DNA from: an uncultured Patescibacteria group bacterium
Lineage (GTDB): Bacteria > Patescibacteriota > JACMRA01
NCBI GenBank assembly: GCA_938041505.1
Contig: CALITC010000006.1
Location: 7,389 to 71,388 of the forward strand
Direction: 5' to 3'
DNA length: 64,000 nt
Under the pieces are notes generated by a model. The model saw nothing but the letters and a program-made list of their open reading frames with translations. It made no database searches and was not told the DNA's origin. The position numbers and the translations under genes are program-made. Positions 49,376-59,673 of this stretch are shown here, one piece after another; the first letter of the stretch is position 1; the number at the start of each line of letters is the position of its first letter.

Positions 49376-49488
49376 TATTATTTTAATCTTATAACTTACC
49401 TGTGATATCCCTAAGTTAATATTCTTCTAACTTACCTAGAAAAGAATAAACATGTCCAATACTAAATAAAACCCTTAAGAATCTTACC

Positions 49489-50190
49489 TTATTTTCGCTT
49501 ATACAACCCCGGCTGTTTGTTGATGTCTTTGAGAGCTTTATAGAAAAATTGCTGGAACGGATAAAGTTGTTCAAAATAGCCAATGATCTTATCTGGTAGC
49601 TTACGGGACACCACATCTTTGTCACTCAAGTCCACCCCAAGCGTGAAGGATTTATGCTTGATATATTCCAAAGCTGGGTCATCTTTGGCAAAGCCTTTGG
49701 GAGCTGTTTTGAGAACACCCATGTATTCGCCCATCGTAAAATTCTTGGTAATACTAGCTGAGTTCATAAGTGTATCAAATTCTTGGTGATGATCACTAAT
49801 ATACTTACGCACAGCATATAAAAGCTGCGAATCGCCGGTGAACCAGCCACCACCAACAAACGATCGGTTGCCTGGTTGTAGATGAATGTAATATGCAGGA
49901 TTAATCGACTTCTTGCCACCGTGAGTTATCGTGGCCCCAAAATTCTCTTTATAAGGGGTTTTATTTTTTGAGAAACGAATGTCTCGGTAAATACGAAACA
50001 TCTTGATAAAATCAGGTTCTGCATACACCCCTTTATCAAACAAACTGACCCGACTTGCCAGTTCAAAAACAAATTCTTTAAAATAACTACTAAGCTCTTT
50101 ATATTCTGACTTATGCTCATCAAACCAGGCTCGGTTATTATTCTTAGATAGGCTACTTAAGTAATATAAAATATCTTGATTGGTCTTCAT
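49489..50190 (-). CDS. DUF2461 family protein
   Basis: NNNR.WF..HK..Y, FRIYRD.RFSK.KTPYK, YYIHLQPG, LK.APKGF. Confidence 0.9.
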   Translation of the reverse strand: MKTNQDILYYLSSLSKNNNRAWFDEHKSEYKELSSYFKEFVFELASRVSLFDKGVYAEPDFIKMFRIYRDIRFSKNKTPYKENFGATITHGGKKSINPAYYIHLQPGNRSFVGGGWFTGDSQLLYAVRKYISDHHQEFDTLMNSASITKNFTMGEYMGVLKTAPKGFAKDDPALEYIKHKSFTLGVDLSDKDVVSRKLPDKIIGYFEQLYPFQQFFYKALKDINKQPGLYKRK

Positions 50191-50285
50191 GATATAATTA
50201 TACTCTAATTGTACTTCTTAGTAAAACAAAAAACCCAGTATAATACTACCAGGTTATGTTTTAGTATAAACCGTTTCCTAATCGT

Positions 50286-50582
50286 TTAATTATGCAATAT
50301 GAAAAACTGATCAGCCTCAAGCCTTCTAGCACTGAATAATCCGTACGCCGGATTAAGTTTGCACAGGGCGGGCATGATATAAGTCCTGCCGAAAACAATC
50401 AATTTTTTACCAGCAACCGGACACTCAGAAGGTATGAGCCATCTTATTACTGCACAGGAAAAATCATTTATCGGCAACACGAAGAGATAGAGGATAGTTA
50501 ATGTAAAGAAAAGTGAGCATACAGCGCTCAGCAATCTATAATCCATATTCGAAACATCCATTATTTTCCTTCTGTTTTTCAA
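50286..50582 (-). CDS. small hypothetical membrane protein
   Basis: One TM segment; upstream TTGACA. Confidence 0.4.
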   Translation of the reverse strand: MKNRRKIMDVSNMDYRLLSAVCSLFFTLTILYLFVLPINDFSCAVIRWLIPSECPVAGKKLIVFGRTYIMPALCKLNPAYGLFSARRLEADQFFILHN

Positions 50583-50655
50583 GGTTTTCCATCACTCAAA
50601 ATAAAAAAAATAACCCCTATTGTCAATGACTATTTATTTTTGGCAGGGGGTATTT

Positions 50656-51186
50656 TTATTTCTTATGATCTACGAGCCATTTACGGAACATTTCGATTAC
50701 CTGTCCTTGTCCGATCGCTAAGTAATCATGAGGCTTATTCACAGGCACACACCAACACTCTAGATGCTGCTTGGAGTAGTCCTCATCTATATGTGTCCAC
50801 TTCTTAAACACATCCACCGGGAAGACAGGACGCACAATGTAATAGATCTGGAGATTAGAATAGTTATCCATTGGATTCTCGAAGTATACAAAACCTAGAG
50901 GACAAATAATACGGGTCTCAATGCCCGTCTCTTCTTTTACCTCTCTGATAATCGCTTCGGCTACGTTTTCGTTACGTTCGACCCTACCTCCAGGAAGCTG
51001 CGTACCACGCCCTGGCCTCGAGAGGGATTTGAAGGCCACGTAGAAGTCTTTGCCTTTGTGCTTACACCATACTACTGCTCCTGCTCGGAACACATGTCTG
51101 AGAGAGAATTGCTTATTGATGGCAAACGCCTGATTAGTTATGTCAGAATGGAGATTTTTTACTTCCAAGTTTCTGGATGATTTCAT
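50656..51186 (-). CDS. NUDIX hydrolase
   Basis: Nudix box GGRVERNENVAEAIIREVKEETG. Confidence 0.9.
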   Translation of the reverse strand: MKSSRNLEVKNLHSDITNQAFAINKQFSLRHVFRAGAVVWCKHKGKDFYVAFKSLSRPGRGTQLPGGRVERNENVAEAIIREVKEETGIETRIICPLGFVYFENPMDNYSNLQIYYIVRPVFPVDVFKKWTHIDEDYSKQHLECWCVPVNKPHDYLAIGQGQVIEMFRKWLVDHKK

Positions 51187-51282
51187 ACATTTTGTTTTAA
51201 ATATCTGCTTATTAATACAGATAGGATAGTTTAATCTAATCTAAATACAATTAACATTAATGTCAAGAGCCCGTCGGCGATT

Positions 51283-51466
51283 GAGACGCCCATGCTAGAT
51301 TCACAAAGTGAATCGAACCGAAGGGGCTGGTAAAAGTCGGACTTGTTCCGACCCCCCTTTCCTCCCAACAGACGTCGATCCGTTCCGTCTTGCTTATCAC
51401 AAAAGCTACACCCCTCTACGTCTGAGCTTCGCCTCCTCCTTTCAATCATTGATCGCAAGGCACCTC
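51283..51466 (-). ncRNA. putative ~184-nt structured RNA (6S-like candidate)
   Basis: GC-rich; terminal stem GAGGTGCCTTGC/GCATGGGCGTCTC with G-U pairs favouring the minus strand; inner CAGACGT/ACGTCTG, GTCGGA/TCCGAC, GATTCAC/GTGAATC; TATAAT just upstream. Confidence 0.55.
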
Positions 51467-51568
51467 ATTATTATAACCACAAACCCAAAAATCGAATAAT
51501 CCTGATTTATAACTATTAACACAATACCTATACACTATAGTTACATCCAAGCAACTACTACCTTTTCA

Positions 51569-51690
51569 GGGGCCCCCGCAAAAGGTGGGTGCGTACCCGG
51601 ATTCCTTTTGCGGGGAAGACGAAGTGCCGACGTAAGGGAATGGAGCTTATGCGAAAAGCATAACGGAATGGACTGAAGTTGCGCAGGAGG
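51569..51690. repeat. GC-rich palindromic REP/MITE-like element
   Basis: CCCCGCAAAAGG/CCTTTTGCGGGG 12-bp inverted repeat enclosing GGGT/ACCC; second hairpin TTATGC/GCATAA. Confidence 0.5.
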
Positions 51691-51743
51691 ACTTGACATT
51701 AACGGTAAAATAATTCTAAATACTGAGTGAAAATCAGGAAATT

Positions 51744-52124
51744 ATGACACATCAATTATTACGCAAAAGTAAAGTTGTGACCGCACAACTTCGCAGCGAC
51801 ATTCCAGATTTCAAAGTCGGAACAGTCGTTAGTGTACACTACAAGATCAAGGAGGGTAACAAAGAACGTATACAAGTGTTTGCTGGTATGGTAACTGTTC
51901 GTCACGGTGGTAACTCTCTAGACGCAACATTTACAGTGCTTAAGAATGCAACTGCCGGAGTCAAAGTAACTCGTACTTTTCCAGTTCACTCACCACTCAT
52001 CGAAAAAATCGAGCTCAACTCACCACTTCAGAGGACCAAGCAGGCAACTTTGCACTATCTTAGCGATATCAAAGACCCTATCAAATCCGCACGAACAAAA
52101 CCAATTAAAGCAAAGACTAAATAA
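51744..52124 (+). CDS. rplS: 50S ribosomal protein L19
   Basis: IPDFKVG.VV.VH.KIKEGNKERIQVF.G, FP.HSP.IEKIE. Confidence 0.96.
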   Translation: MTHQLLRKSKVVTAQLRSDIPDFKVGTVVSVHYKIKEGNKERIQVFAGMVTVRHGGNSLDATFTVLKNATAGVKVTRTFPVHSPLIEKIELNSPLQRTKQATLHYLSDIKDPIKSARTKPIKAKTK

Positions 52125-52136
52125 TATACAACTTAT

Positions 52137-52481
52137 ATGTTTCCAGTATCGGTAAAGAATCTCAACCTTGTTAATATAGTAATCTCGATAGCTCTTGTTG
52201 GCCTATCTTTTACATTAAGAGATGGTAATTCTCTTACAGGACTTGACATATTAGGCATAATCGTATTTATTTTCTCTATAGCAAACATGGTAATTGTCAA
52301 GCAGATTAGTGATAACATTAGTAAGTATATTTTACTAATTACGTTCCTATCTGCTATCTTAGCAAGTTTTATGCCATTTATTGGTGGCTTCTCTGACAAT
52401 ACCAATTTATTTATTGCTGCCAACAGTATTTCAGCACTTTGGCTAATAATATTATTTTTCACTAATTATAAAAACAATTAA
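52137..52481 (+). CDS. hypothetical four-TM membrane protein
   Basis: Hydrophobic ORF between rplS and the rpsU-like gene. Confidence 0.6.
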   Translation: MFPVSVKNLNLVNIVISIALVGLSFTLRDGNSLTGLDILGIIVFIFSIANMVIVKQISDNISKYILLITFLSAILASFMPFIGGFSDNTNLFIAANSISALWLIILFFTNYKNN

Positions 52482-52491
52482 CCTCCCCATT

Positions 52492-52710
52492 ATGATTCTA
52501 GTTAAACGACGCCCAGGAGATTCCAATCTAAAGGTTTATACAGTATTCAACCAACGTACTCGCAAAGCAAATACCAAAACCCGGTACACCAAGATCCAAA
52601 CTCAGACAAAGCCATTATCACATCACAAGAAAAAGCAGAAGGCTATCAAGAAAGCAGCCTACTTGCAACAAAAAGAAATTACAGATAGACTTGATCGTAA
52701 CAAGTTCTAG
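52492..52710 (+). CDS. rpsU: divergent 30S ribosomal protein S21-like protein
   Basis: 72 aa, very basic; V.RR.GDS......F..R.RK...KP.S...KK..A pattern. Confidence 0.6.
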   Translation: MILVKRRPGDSNLKVYTVFNQRTRKANTKTRYTKIQTQTKPLSHHKKKQKAIKKAAYLQQKEITDRLDRNKF

Positions 52711-52777
52711 TGGTTAGATTTGAGTAGAATAGAATACAGTAGACTTACTTTTTTAAAAGTTAAAAAAATATATTTTT

Positions 52778-54070
52778 GTGGCTAGGGATCCTTATTTAGT
52801 AGCAATTGACTTCGGTTCGAATTCAGTTAAGTTGGCAGTAGCAAAAGACTCTCTTGACGAGCAAGACAAGATTCAAATTCTTGCTCTCGTTGAGAGAACA
52901 TCAAGCGGTATTCGCAAAGGTATTGTTACGAATATGAGCGAAGCAACGGAAGCGCTCATAGACGTAGTTAACCAGGCTGAAAGTATAATTGGCCTCCCTA
53001 TCAGAAAAGCTGTTGTAGGTATTAGTGGTCTTGGGGTAACTTTCACCAATTCGGATGGTCTTATTGTTATCTCTAGGCCAGACAACGAAATTCTTGAAGG
53101 AGATGTCGACAGAGTAATTCAAGATAGCCTTACCAAAGCATTTGGATTGGCCAACAACGAGATAATTCACGTAATTCCGAAGAATTTTGTCATAGACAAC
53201 CAGCAAGGCATTCGCTACCCGGTAGGCATGATCGGTTCCAAGCTAGAAGCCAAAACACTTATTGTAAGCGTAGAGAGTAGCTATCTAAGAAATTTTGCAA
53301 AAGTGTTCAACCAAGCAAGCATTGACATTACTAATCAATTCTTCACCCCTCTCGCTTCGAGTGATTTCTTGCTCTCGCTAAGACAGAAAAAGGCTGGAAC
53401 CATACTGGTAGATATTGGTAACTCCACAACCTCCTATATTATCTGGGAAAATGAAGAAATTTTTCACTCTGACGTAATCCCTATCGGCTCTGACCACATC
53501 ACTGCAGATCTTGCTGTTGGCCTCCAGACCACCATCGAAATGGCTGAAGAAATCAAGAAACAACACTTAGATCTCACCGATGACTTCGAAGGAGAAATAG
53601 AAGAAGTGGAGATCTTTAATCCTGATCTACAGATCAACGAGACTTTCAAACTCAATGAAATTCGCAACATCGCCAAAGCCAGAGCCGAAGAAATCTTCTT
53701 CTACCTCAACAAAGAACTACGTCGTCTCAACAAGAACGCTCAACTACCTGGAGGTGTAATTCTCGCTGGAGGAGGTGCTAATCTCAAAGGTATAGATGAT
53801 GTGGCCAAGAACATGCTACACTTACCTATCTTCAAGTATGCGTTTGATCGCAACCAAGTGGAGTTTGTCCCAGATTACAACGACGACCCTACTTTCGTCA
53901 ACGTAATTGCTCTTGCTGCCTACTCTCTCTACCACGCAGAAGATATCAACTTCGGAGGCAAACCAAGCAACCCAAACAACACAAGCCGTAACAAGGACGG
54001 CAAAGAAGGAGGCGGTAATCCTTTAGGAGGCATGATGGGCAAACTAGGAAAATTCTTACCTTGGTCGTAA
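52778..54070 (+). CDS. ftsA: cell division protein FtsA
   Basis: IDFGS..VK, S.GIRKG.V.N, PVGMIG.KLE, LVDIG, HITADLA.GL, LAGGGA.L.G. Confidence 0.95.
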   Translation: MARDPYLVAIDFGSNSVKLAVAKDSLDEQDKIQILALVERTSSGIRKGIVTNMSEATEALIDVVNQAESIIGLPIRKAVVGISGLGVTFTNSDGLIVISRPDNEILEGDVDRVIQDSLTKAFGLANNEIIHVIPKNFVIDNQQGIRYPVGMIGSKLEAKTLIVSVESSYLRNFAKVFNQASIDITNQFFTPLASSDFLLSLRQKKAGTILVDIGNSTTSYIIWENEEIFHSDVIPIGSDHITADLAVGLQTTIEMAEEIKKQHLDLTDDFEGEIEEVEIFNPDLQINETFKLNEIRNIAKARAEEIFFYLNKELRRLNKNAQLPGGVILAGGGANLKGIDDVAKNMLHLPIFKYAFDRNQVEFVPDYNDDPTFVNVIALAAYSLYHAEDINFGGKPSNPNNTSRNKDGKEGGGNPLGGMMGKLGKFLPWS

Positions 54071-54375
54071 TTGAATTTTCAAAAGTTTTGTAAGAATATA
54101 GGCGGTTATTGAATCAAATTCAAAAATTTTATAATTAGACTTCTTCCTTGATTCCTTCAAGGATTCACTTGTCTCTCCTCTCGATTTACTTGTTTATGAT
54201 TAATTTGTTCAGCAACGATCGACTAGAACAATCTCTATTTCTTCTTTCAATAACTACAGATCTCACCAGCTATTATCAGATATTGTGTTGCGGAGACATC
54301 ATACTCCTGTTGACGCATTTGTATTAACTAAGCAATGTTAAATCACACTCTTTATAAAATTACGGAGATAAAGAT

Positions 54376-54927
54376 ATGTGCGAGCAAGGCATATGTTGTG
54401 AACAAATTAAAATTGAATCAATTTCCAATGTCTCTAAGTTGCTAGATCAGCAAATCATAACGTTAGAAAACAAAAATCAAGCCACAAAAAATATAAGTTT
54501 GTTCAAAAAAACACTAGCTGTTTGTGGACTAGCTTGCTTAATGGCTAGTATTTTTCTAATAGGAAGTTTAACCTCTAATATTATACTATTTTTAATAGCT
54601 GGAGCTGCGTCAGCACTAGTAATAGGTCTAGTAAACTTCGGTATTTTTTTGATAGGCTACATTTTTATAGGGATAGACAACCTCGACAACTCTGCGATAG
54701 TTGCAGAATTTATGGATAATGAAATAGCAATCAACAAGTTCTTATCACAAGGGGCACAAATCACAGAAACAGATCATTCCAACTTGGAAAAAAAATATAG
54801 AAAATTGCGAGGACTCTCTCAAAAGCTATACGCTGACTTCAATGATCTAGAAAAAGCACATGTATGCAATAGAGATTGGATAGCGAATCTTGCGAGTAAC
54901 AAGGCTGTGTTACAAGCTGTAAGTTAG
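54376..54927 (+). CDS. hypothetical membrane protein
   Basis: Two TM segments; GGAG RBS. Confidence 0.6.
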   Translation: MCEQGICCEQIKIESISNVSKLLDQQIITLENKNQATKNISLFKKTLAVCGLACLMASIFLIGSLTSNIILFLIAGAASALVIGLVNFGIFLIGYIFIGIDNLDNSAIVAEFMDNEIAINKFLSQGAQITETDHSNLEKKYRKLRGLSQKLYADFNDLEKAHVCNRDWIANLASNKAVLQAVS

Positions 54928-55176
54928 CTAAAAACGGTGGATAAATAAATATAAGTCTAGGAGTAATTTTATATACTCCTATTTTTTTTGTATTTCTCAA
55001 AAACAGAGCTTACCTTCACTAAGAAATTAACTTAAAAATTTTCTAAAATTCACCATACTCTATGGAGCCTTCATCAAATAGTTTAATGTAATCTATTAAC
55101 TTAGATAGCAACTTTTCATACGCTATTAAAAAAATATATTGATAATTTTTTCTCTCTTAATTTCTACTAATTGAAA

Positions 55177-56025
55177 TTACTTAAACACTGATTCACTCAA
55201 GAACTTCTTGATCTCTTGATATTCTGCCGACTCAACTCTTTGTTCTTCTGTAATATTTGTGCGAACACTCATCTGAAAGTGCACCTCTTCTGGGTGTCCT
55301 TCGTAGTATTCTGTTTGGGCTAAGTAATCTTCTGATTCGTTCCGGTTAATATTGGTCTTGAGGATGAATCCACTATCACAACCCTGGAAGTTACCAAAAT
55401 ATACACCACCGCTCTCGCTAGAGAATTCTCGAATACCATCACCAAATTCACCTAACAACTTACTTGGACCTCCAAAACCACTATATCCGCACCTATCAGG
55501 ATTGAGAACTGGGTTTAGCTCCAATGTTAAGACAGCCTCACCTTTGGTCAAAGTGATATTTCGAGTTACTAGACTATCATAACTTGAAGGTCTTGTCTGA
55601 GTTCGAAAATTCCAACCTGAATCATATGCGAGCTTAAACGAAGGGTAAAACTGATTTGTATACACTTGCGCTTCAAATATCTCTTCAGGAAGAAGAACTT
55701 CAGCTGGTTCTGTGACTGTTTCAATTTTTTCGACCATTTCTTTTTCATCTTCTGACACCTCAGCTGCGACTATCTCCATATCTTCAGCCGGCTTATTGGA
55801 TACTTCTTCATTATCAGTCTGGTCTTCATTACTACGAGAACTAGTTGTAAAAGTGCTTCTGAGACCCTCACTTTGCGAACCAAGGTAATAAAAACCTCCA
55901 AAAACCAAACCTATCAAAACGCATGCCATCACTATTAGAATAACATACAAACCCTTATTGAAGGTCTTTTCCACTAATTCATCTGGTGCATACTGAACCG
56001 AATGATTCTTTTTTGATTTTGACAT
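55177..56025 (-). CDS. hypothetical membrane-anchored extracellular protein
   Basis: Single TM, acidic linker, globular C-terminus. Confidence 0.7.
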   Translation of the reverse strand: MSKSKKNHSVQYAPDELVEKTFNKGLYVILIVMACVLIGLVFGGFYYLGSQSEGLRSTFTTSSRSNEDQTDNEEVSNKPAEDMEIVAAEVSEDEKEMVEKIETVTEPAEVLLPEEIFEAQVYTNQFYPSFKLAYDSGWNFRTQTRPSSYDSLVTRNITLTKGEAVLTLELNPVLNPDRCGYSGFGGPSKLLGEFGDGIREFSSESGGVYFGNFQGCDSGFILKTNINRNESEDYLAQTEYYEGHPEEVHFQMSVRTNITEEQRVESAEYQEIKKFLSESVFK

Positions 56026-56172
56026 AGTATAATTATATCATATATATAACAAATAATCAAATATATTATTACCCAAAATTACAAGAAAATTAACCCCCTA
56101 AGCGGATTTGTTGACAAAAATTCATAAATTACCTGCAATTAGAAGGACAAAAAATCAACCAATACTCTATAC

Positions 56173-59085
56173 ATGGACCAGGAAAAAACTAAGACTCTCA
56201 ATAAGTACAATACGGCAGAATATTTGGAAATCAATACCAACACCCCCAATCCTCACAACTTCATTACTGTGCGTGGAGCCAGAGAACATAATCTGCAGAA
56301 TGTATCCATGGTAATCCCCAAAGACCAGCTAGTAGTCTTCACCGGTCTCTCGGGATCAGGAAAGTCTTCACTTGTATTCGATACTATCTATGCCGAAGGT
56401 CAAAGACGTTACGTAGAGAGCTTATCTTCCTATGCCCGTCAATTCCTAGGTCTCAAAGAAAAACCTGATGTAGACTCCATAGACGGCCTCTCACCAGCTA
56501 TCTCAATCGATCAAAAATCAACTTCTCAAAACCCACGCTCAACCGTAGGTACTACCACAGAGATCTACGACTACCTCCGCCTACTATTTGCCAAAATTGG
56601 TGTCCAGCACTGTGCCGTTTGTGGATCAGACATTACTACCGAGTCTGTCAGCAGTATGGTCGATAGAATCATGAAAATCCAAAAGGGATCTCAAGTTGTA
56701 TTCTTGTCTCCTTTGGTAGAAGATCAAAAAGGTTGGCACCGCCAGCACATTCTCGAATCCAAGAAAAATGGTTTCCGCCGTCTTCGCATCAATGGAGATA
56801 TTATGCTGATGCAGGAAGTTGAAAAACTAGAACTTAACAAACAGCAAAAGCATACTATCGAGATAGTAGTTGATCGTATCACCATCGATCCAGCCAACAA
56901 AGCTCGGGTACTCGATTCGTTAGAAACCTCCCTCAAGTACGGTAAAGGTAAGACCAAGCTTCTTATATTCCAAGATGACCATGAAGAAGAAATGTATCTC
57001 AACAAAGATCGTAGCTGCCCTAACGGCCACGGATCTCCTGGAGACATTGAACCAAGAATGTTCAGCTTCAACTCCCCACACGGCGCTTGCCAAACCTGTA
57101 CTGGACTTGGGAATATTACTGAAATTGACGAGCATCTTATTATACCTAACCCTAGCTTATCTATACTTGAAGGTTGTATAAGACCACTTTCTAGAGCTAG
57201 CACCAGTGGCGGTTGGTTCACAAAATTATTCGAACGCCTCGCAAAAAAATACCGTTTCAAACTCACCACTCCTTGGGAAAAGCTTACTGAACGCCAAGTG
57301 AAAATAATTCTTCACGGGACCGAAAAATATGATGGATCTAATGATTTCGAAGGTATCATTCCCAACCTTCACCGCCGGTACAGAGAGACTACCTCCGAGT
57401 CTTCTCGTCGCGATATCGAAGGTTACATGACCAAGCAAGTTTGCCCTACTTGCAACGGAGCTAGGTTGCGCGTAGAGAGCCTGGCTGTCACCGTTGCTGA
57501 TAAGAATATTCACTCCCTATCTTCAATGGCAATCAGAGACGCAAGCGTCTTCTTCGACGAACAAGCAAACCCCAAAACCACCAAACTTAACAACAAAGAT
57601 CAGGAAATCGCCAAAATGATCCTGAAGGAAATCACTTCTCGTCTTAGCTTCTTAAAGAATGTAGGCTTGGGCTATCTAACACTCGCTCGTTCTGCAGACA
57701 CTCTTTCTGGAGGAGAGGCGCAGCGTATTCGCTTGGCAACCCAAATCGGTTCTGGATTGACCGGGGTATTATATATTCTCGACGAACCTTCCATTGGTCT
57801 GCACCAAAGAGACAATACCAAACTTCTCAAAACCCTCAAAAACTTGCGAGATCTTGGGAACACTGTACTTGTAGTAGAACATGACGAAGAAACCATGCGC
57901 GAAGCAGACTTCTTAGTAGATATTGGACCTGCGGCAGGTAAGCACGGTGGTAAAATCGTAGCCATCGGAACACCTCAAGAAGTAATGGCCAACGAAAAAT
58001 CACCCACGGGCCGCTTCCTTTCTCACAAAGAGATCATTGAGATTCCAGACTCTAGACGCAAGCTTGAAGATAAGATTGAGAACATTTCTGAAAAAATCAG
58101 CATCTTAGGCGCCAAAGAAAACAATCTCAAAGAAGTAAATATCGACATACCTTTACGTAAGTTCGTATGCGTCACTGGAGTTTCGGGTTCTGGTAAGTCA
58201 ACCTTGATCAACGATATTCTCTCTAATCACTTGATGAATTACTTCTATGACTCGAGGTTACAAGCCGGAGAATTTGAAGATATTACAGGTCTTAACAACA
58301 TCGATAAGCCAATTATCATCGATCAAAGTCCAATCGGTAGAACACCTCGTTCCAATCCGGCAACGTATACAGGGCTCTTCACCCCTATTCGAGAATTATT
58401 CTCCACTCTACCAGAATCCAAAGCTCGAGGATATTTGCAAGGAAGATTTTCGTTCAACGTTCCAGGCGGTCGCTGCGAAACCTGCCAAGGGGATGGTGTT
58501 ATCAAAGTCGAAATGAACTTCCTTCCAGACGTTTACATCGTATGTGAAGATTGTGAAGGCAAGCGTTATAACCGCGAAACCTTAGAGATTCAGTACAACG
58601 GTAAAAACATAGCTGATATCCTTGCTATGTCAGTCGAGGAAGCCCTCGAATTCTTCAAAAACCATCGTATCATTAACCGCAAATTACAAACCTTGAGCGA
58701 CGTAGGTTTGGGCTATATCCACTTAGGCCAATCAGCAACCACCGTCTCCGGAGGAGAGGCCCAGCGTATCAAACTTGCAACAGAACTTAGCAAAGTCGGT
58801 ACCGGTAACACTATGTATATCCTCGACGAGCCGACCACTGGCTTGCACCCTATTGATGTCAAATTATTGTTAGACGTGCTCCATAAGCTTGTCGACAAAG
58901 GAAACACTGTTCTTGTCATCGAACACAACTTAGACGTGATTAAAACCGCTGACTGGATTGTTGATCTAGGGCCTGAAGGTGGAGACATGGGAGGCACAGT
59001 CATCGCCCAAGGAACTCCAGAGGAAATCTCCATATCCAAAGACTCATATACAGGCCAATATCTCAACGAAATGCTCAAAAAATAA
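56173..59085 (+). CDS. uvrA: excinuclease ABC subunit A
   Basis: GAREHNL, TGLSGSGKSSL, LSGGEAQRIRLA, TGVSGSGKSTL; zinc fingers. Confidence 0.98.
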   Translation: MDQEKTKTLNKYNTAEYLEINTNTPNPHNFITVRGAREHNLQNVSMVIPKDQLVVFTGLSGSGKSSLVFDTIYAEGQRRYVESLSSYARQFLGLKEKPDVDSIDGLSPAISIDQKSTSQNPRSTVGTTTEIYDYLRLLFAKIGVQHCAVCGSDITTESVSSMVDRIMKIQKGSQVVFLSPLVEDQKGWHRQHILESKKNGFRRLRINGDIMLMQEVEKLELNKQQKHTIEIVVDRITIDPANKARVLDSLETSLKYGKGKTKLLIFQDDHEEEMYLNKDRSCPNGHGSPGDIEPRMFSFNSPHGACQTCTGLGNITEIDEHLIIPNPSLSILEGCIRPLSRASTSGGWFTKLFERLAKKYRFKLTTPWEKLTERQVKIILHGTEKYDGSNDFEGIIPNLHRRYRETTSESSRRDIEGYMTKQVCPTCNGARLRVESLAVTVADKNIHSLSSMAIRDASVFFDEQANPKTTKLNNKDQEIAKMILKEITSRLSFLKNVGLGYLTLARSADTLSGGEAQRIRLATQIGSGLTGVLYILDEPSIGLHQRDNTKLLKTLKNLRDLGNTVLVVEHDEETMREADFLVDIGPAAGKHGGKIVAIGTPQEVMANEKSPTGRFLSHKEIIEIPDSRRKLEDKIENISEKISILGAKENNLKEVNIDIPLRKFVCVTGVSGSGKSTLINDILSNHLMNYFYDSRLQAGEFEDITGLNNIDKPIIIDQSPIGRTPRSNPATYTGLFTPIRELFSTLPESKARGYLQGRFSFNVPGGRCETCQGDGVIKVEMNFLPDVYIVCEDCEGKRYNRETLEIQYNGKNIADILAMSVEEALEFFKNHRIINRKLQTLSDVGLGYIHLGQSATTVSGGEAQRIKLATELSKVGTGNTMYILDEPTTGLHPIDVKLLLDVLHKLVDKGNTVLVIEHNLDVIKTADWIVDLGPEGGDMGGTVIAQGTPEEISISKDSYTGQYLNEMLKK

Positions 59086-59324
59086 CGGTATATTATTGAG
59101 AAAGTCGAGTATATTTAACCACTCTTAGTAAAAAAATAAGTTTGCATCTATCCTCTCCGCTTACAGCTGTTTAACACGACATGATGACATAACAAGGTTT
59201 TAAGAAATCATTGTCTTCAAGTAGTTACGATAGTAACAACCCTTGCACAGGTAAGAGAATTATGTTAGTCTATATTCATCTATTTAAATAATAGATATGT
59301 TGTTGTTTAATATCTGGAAAATCA

Positions 59325-59561
59325 ATGAAAATTTATGTAGGACAAAGAGAGCAAAATAACCTCACCCCTGAAGAACAAAAACTCAGTCCAATACAAGATT
59401 CTATTCAAAGTGAGATGATAAATTTATCTCCAGGACAAGGTTTTGTAAGCTTTAAAAATGGCCCAGTGGACTTGAACGCAAGTTTTTGCGTGATAACTCA
59501 TAGAAGCGTCATTAACAACAGTGATGCTATTAAACCACTACTAAATAAAAAATTAGATTAA
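59325..59561 (+). CDS. small hypothetical protein, possibly a fragment
   Basis: 78-aa ORF; INLSPGQGFV loosely resembles C-termini of VirB4/HerA-type ATPases. Confidence 0.35.
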   Translation: MKIYVGQREQNNLTPEEQKLSPIQDSIQSEMINLSPGQGFVSFKNGPVDLNASFCVITHRSVINNSDAIKPLLNKKLD

Positions 59562-59673
59562 TCAATTTTTAACATATATATCAAACCAATACTATGTTGC
59601 AGCTGAAGAGTTGCAGCATTTTTTGTTTCAATTTTTCTTGCAGAGAACCTAATAATAGGGTTCACTTGTAATT

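Noticed and set aside
51340-51370. RNase P RNA (GAGGAAAG on the minus strand)
   Set aside because: Not followed by TCC, no 3' ACAGAA..CGGCTTA motif, and the element is too short
51231-51499. ORFs 51231-51458 and 51308-51499
   Set aside because: Overlap a GC-rich structured RNA candidate and have no protein motifs
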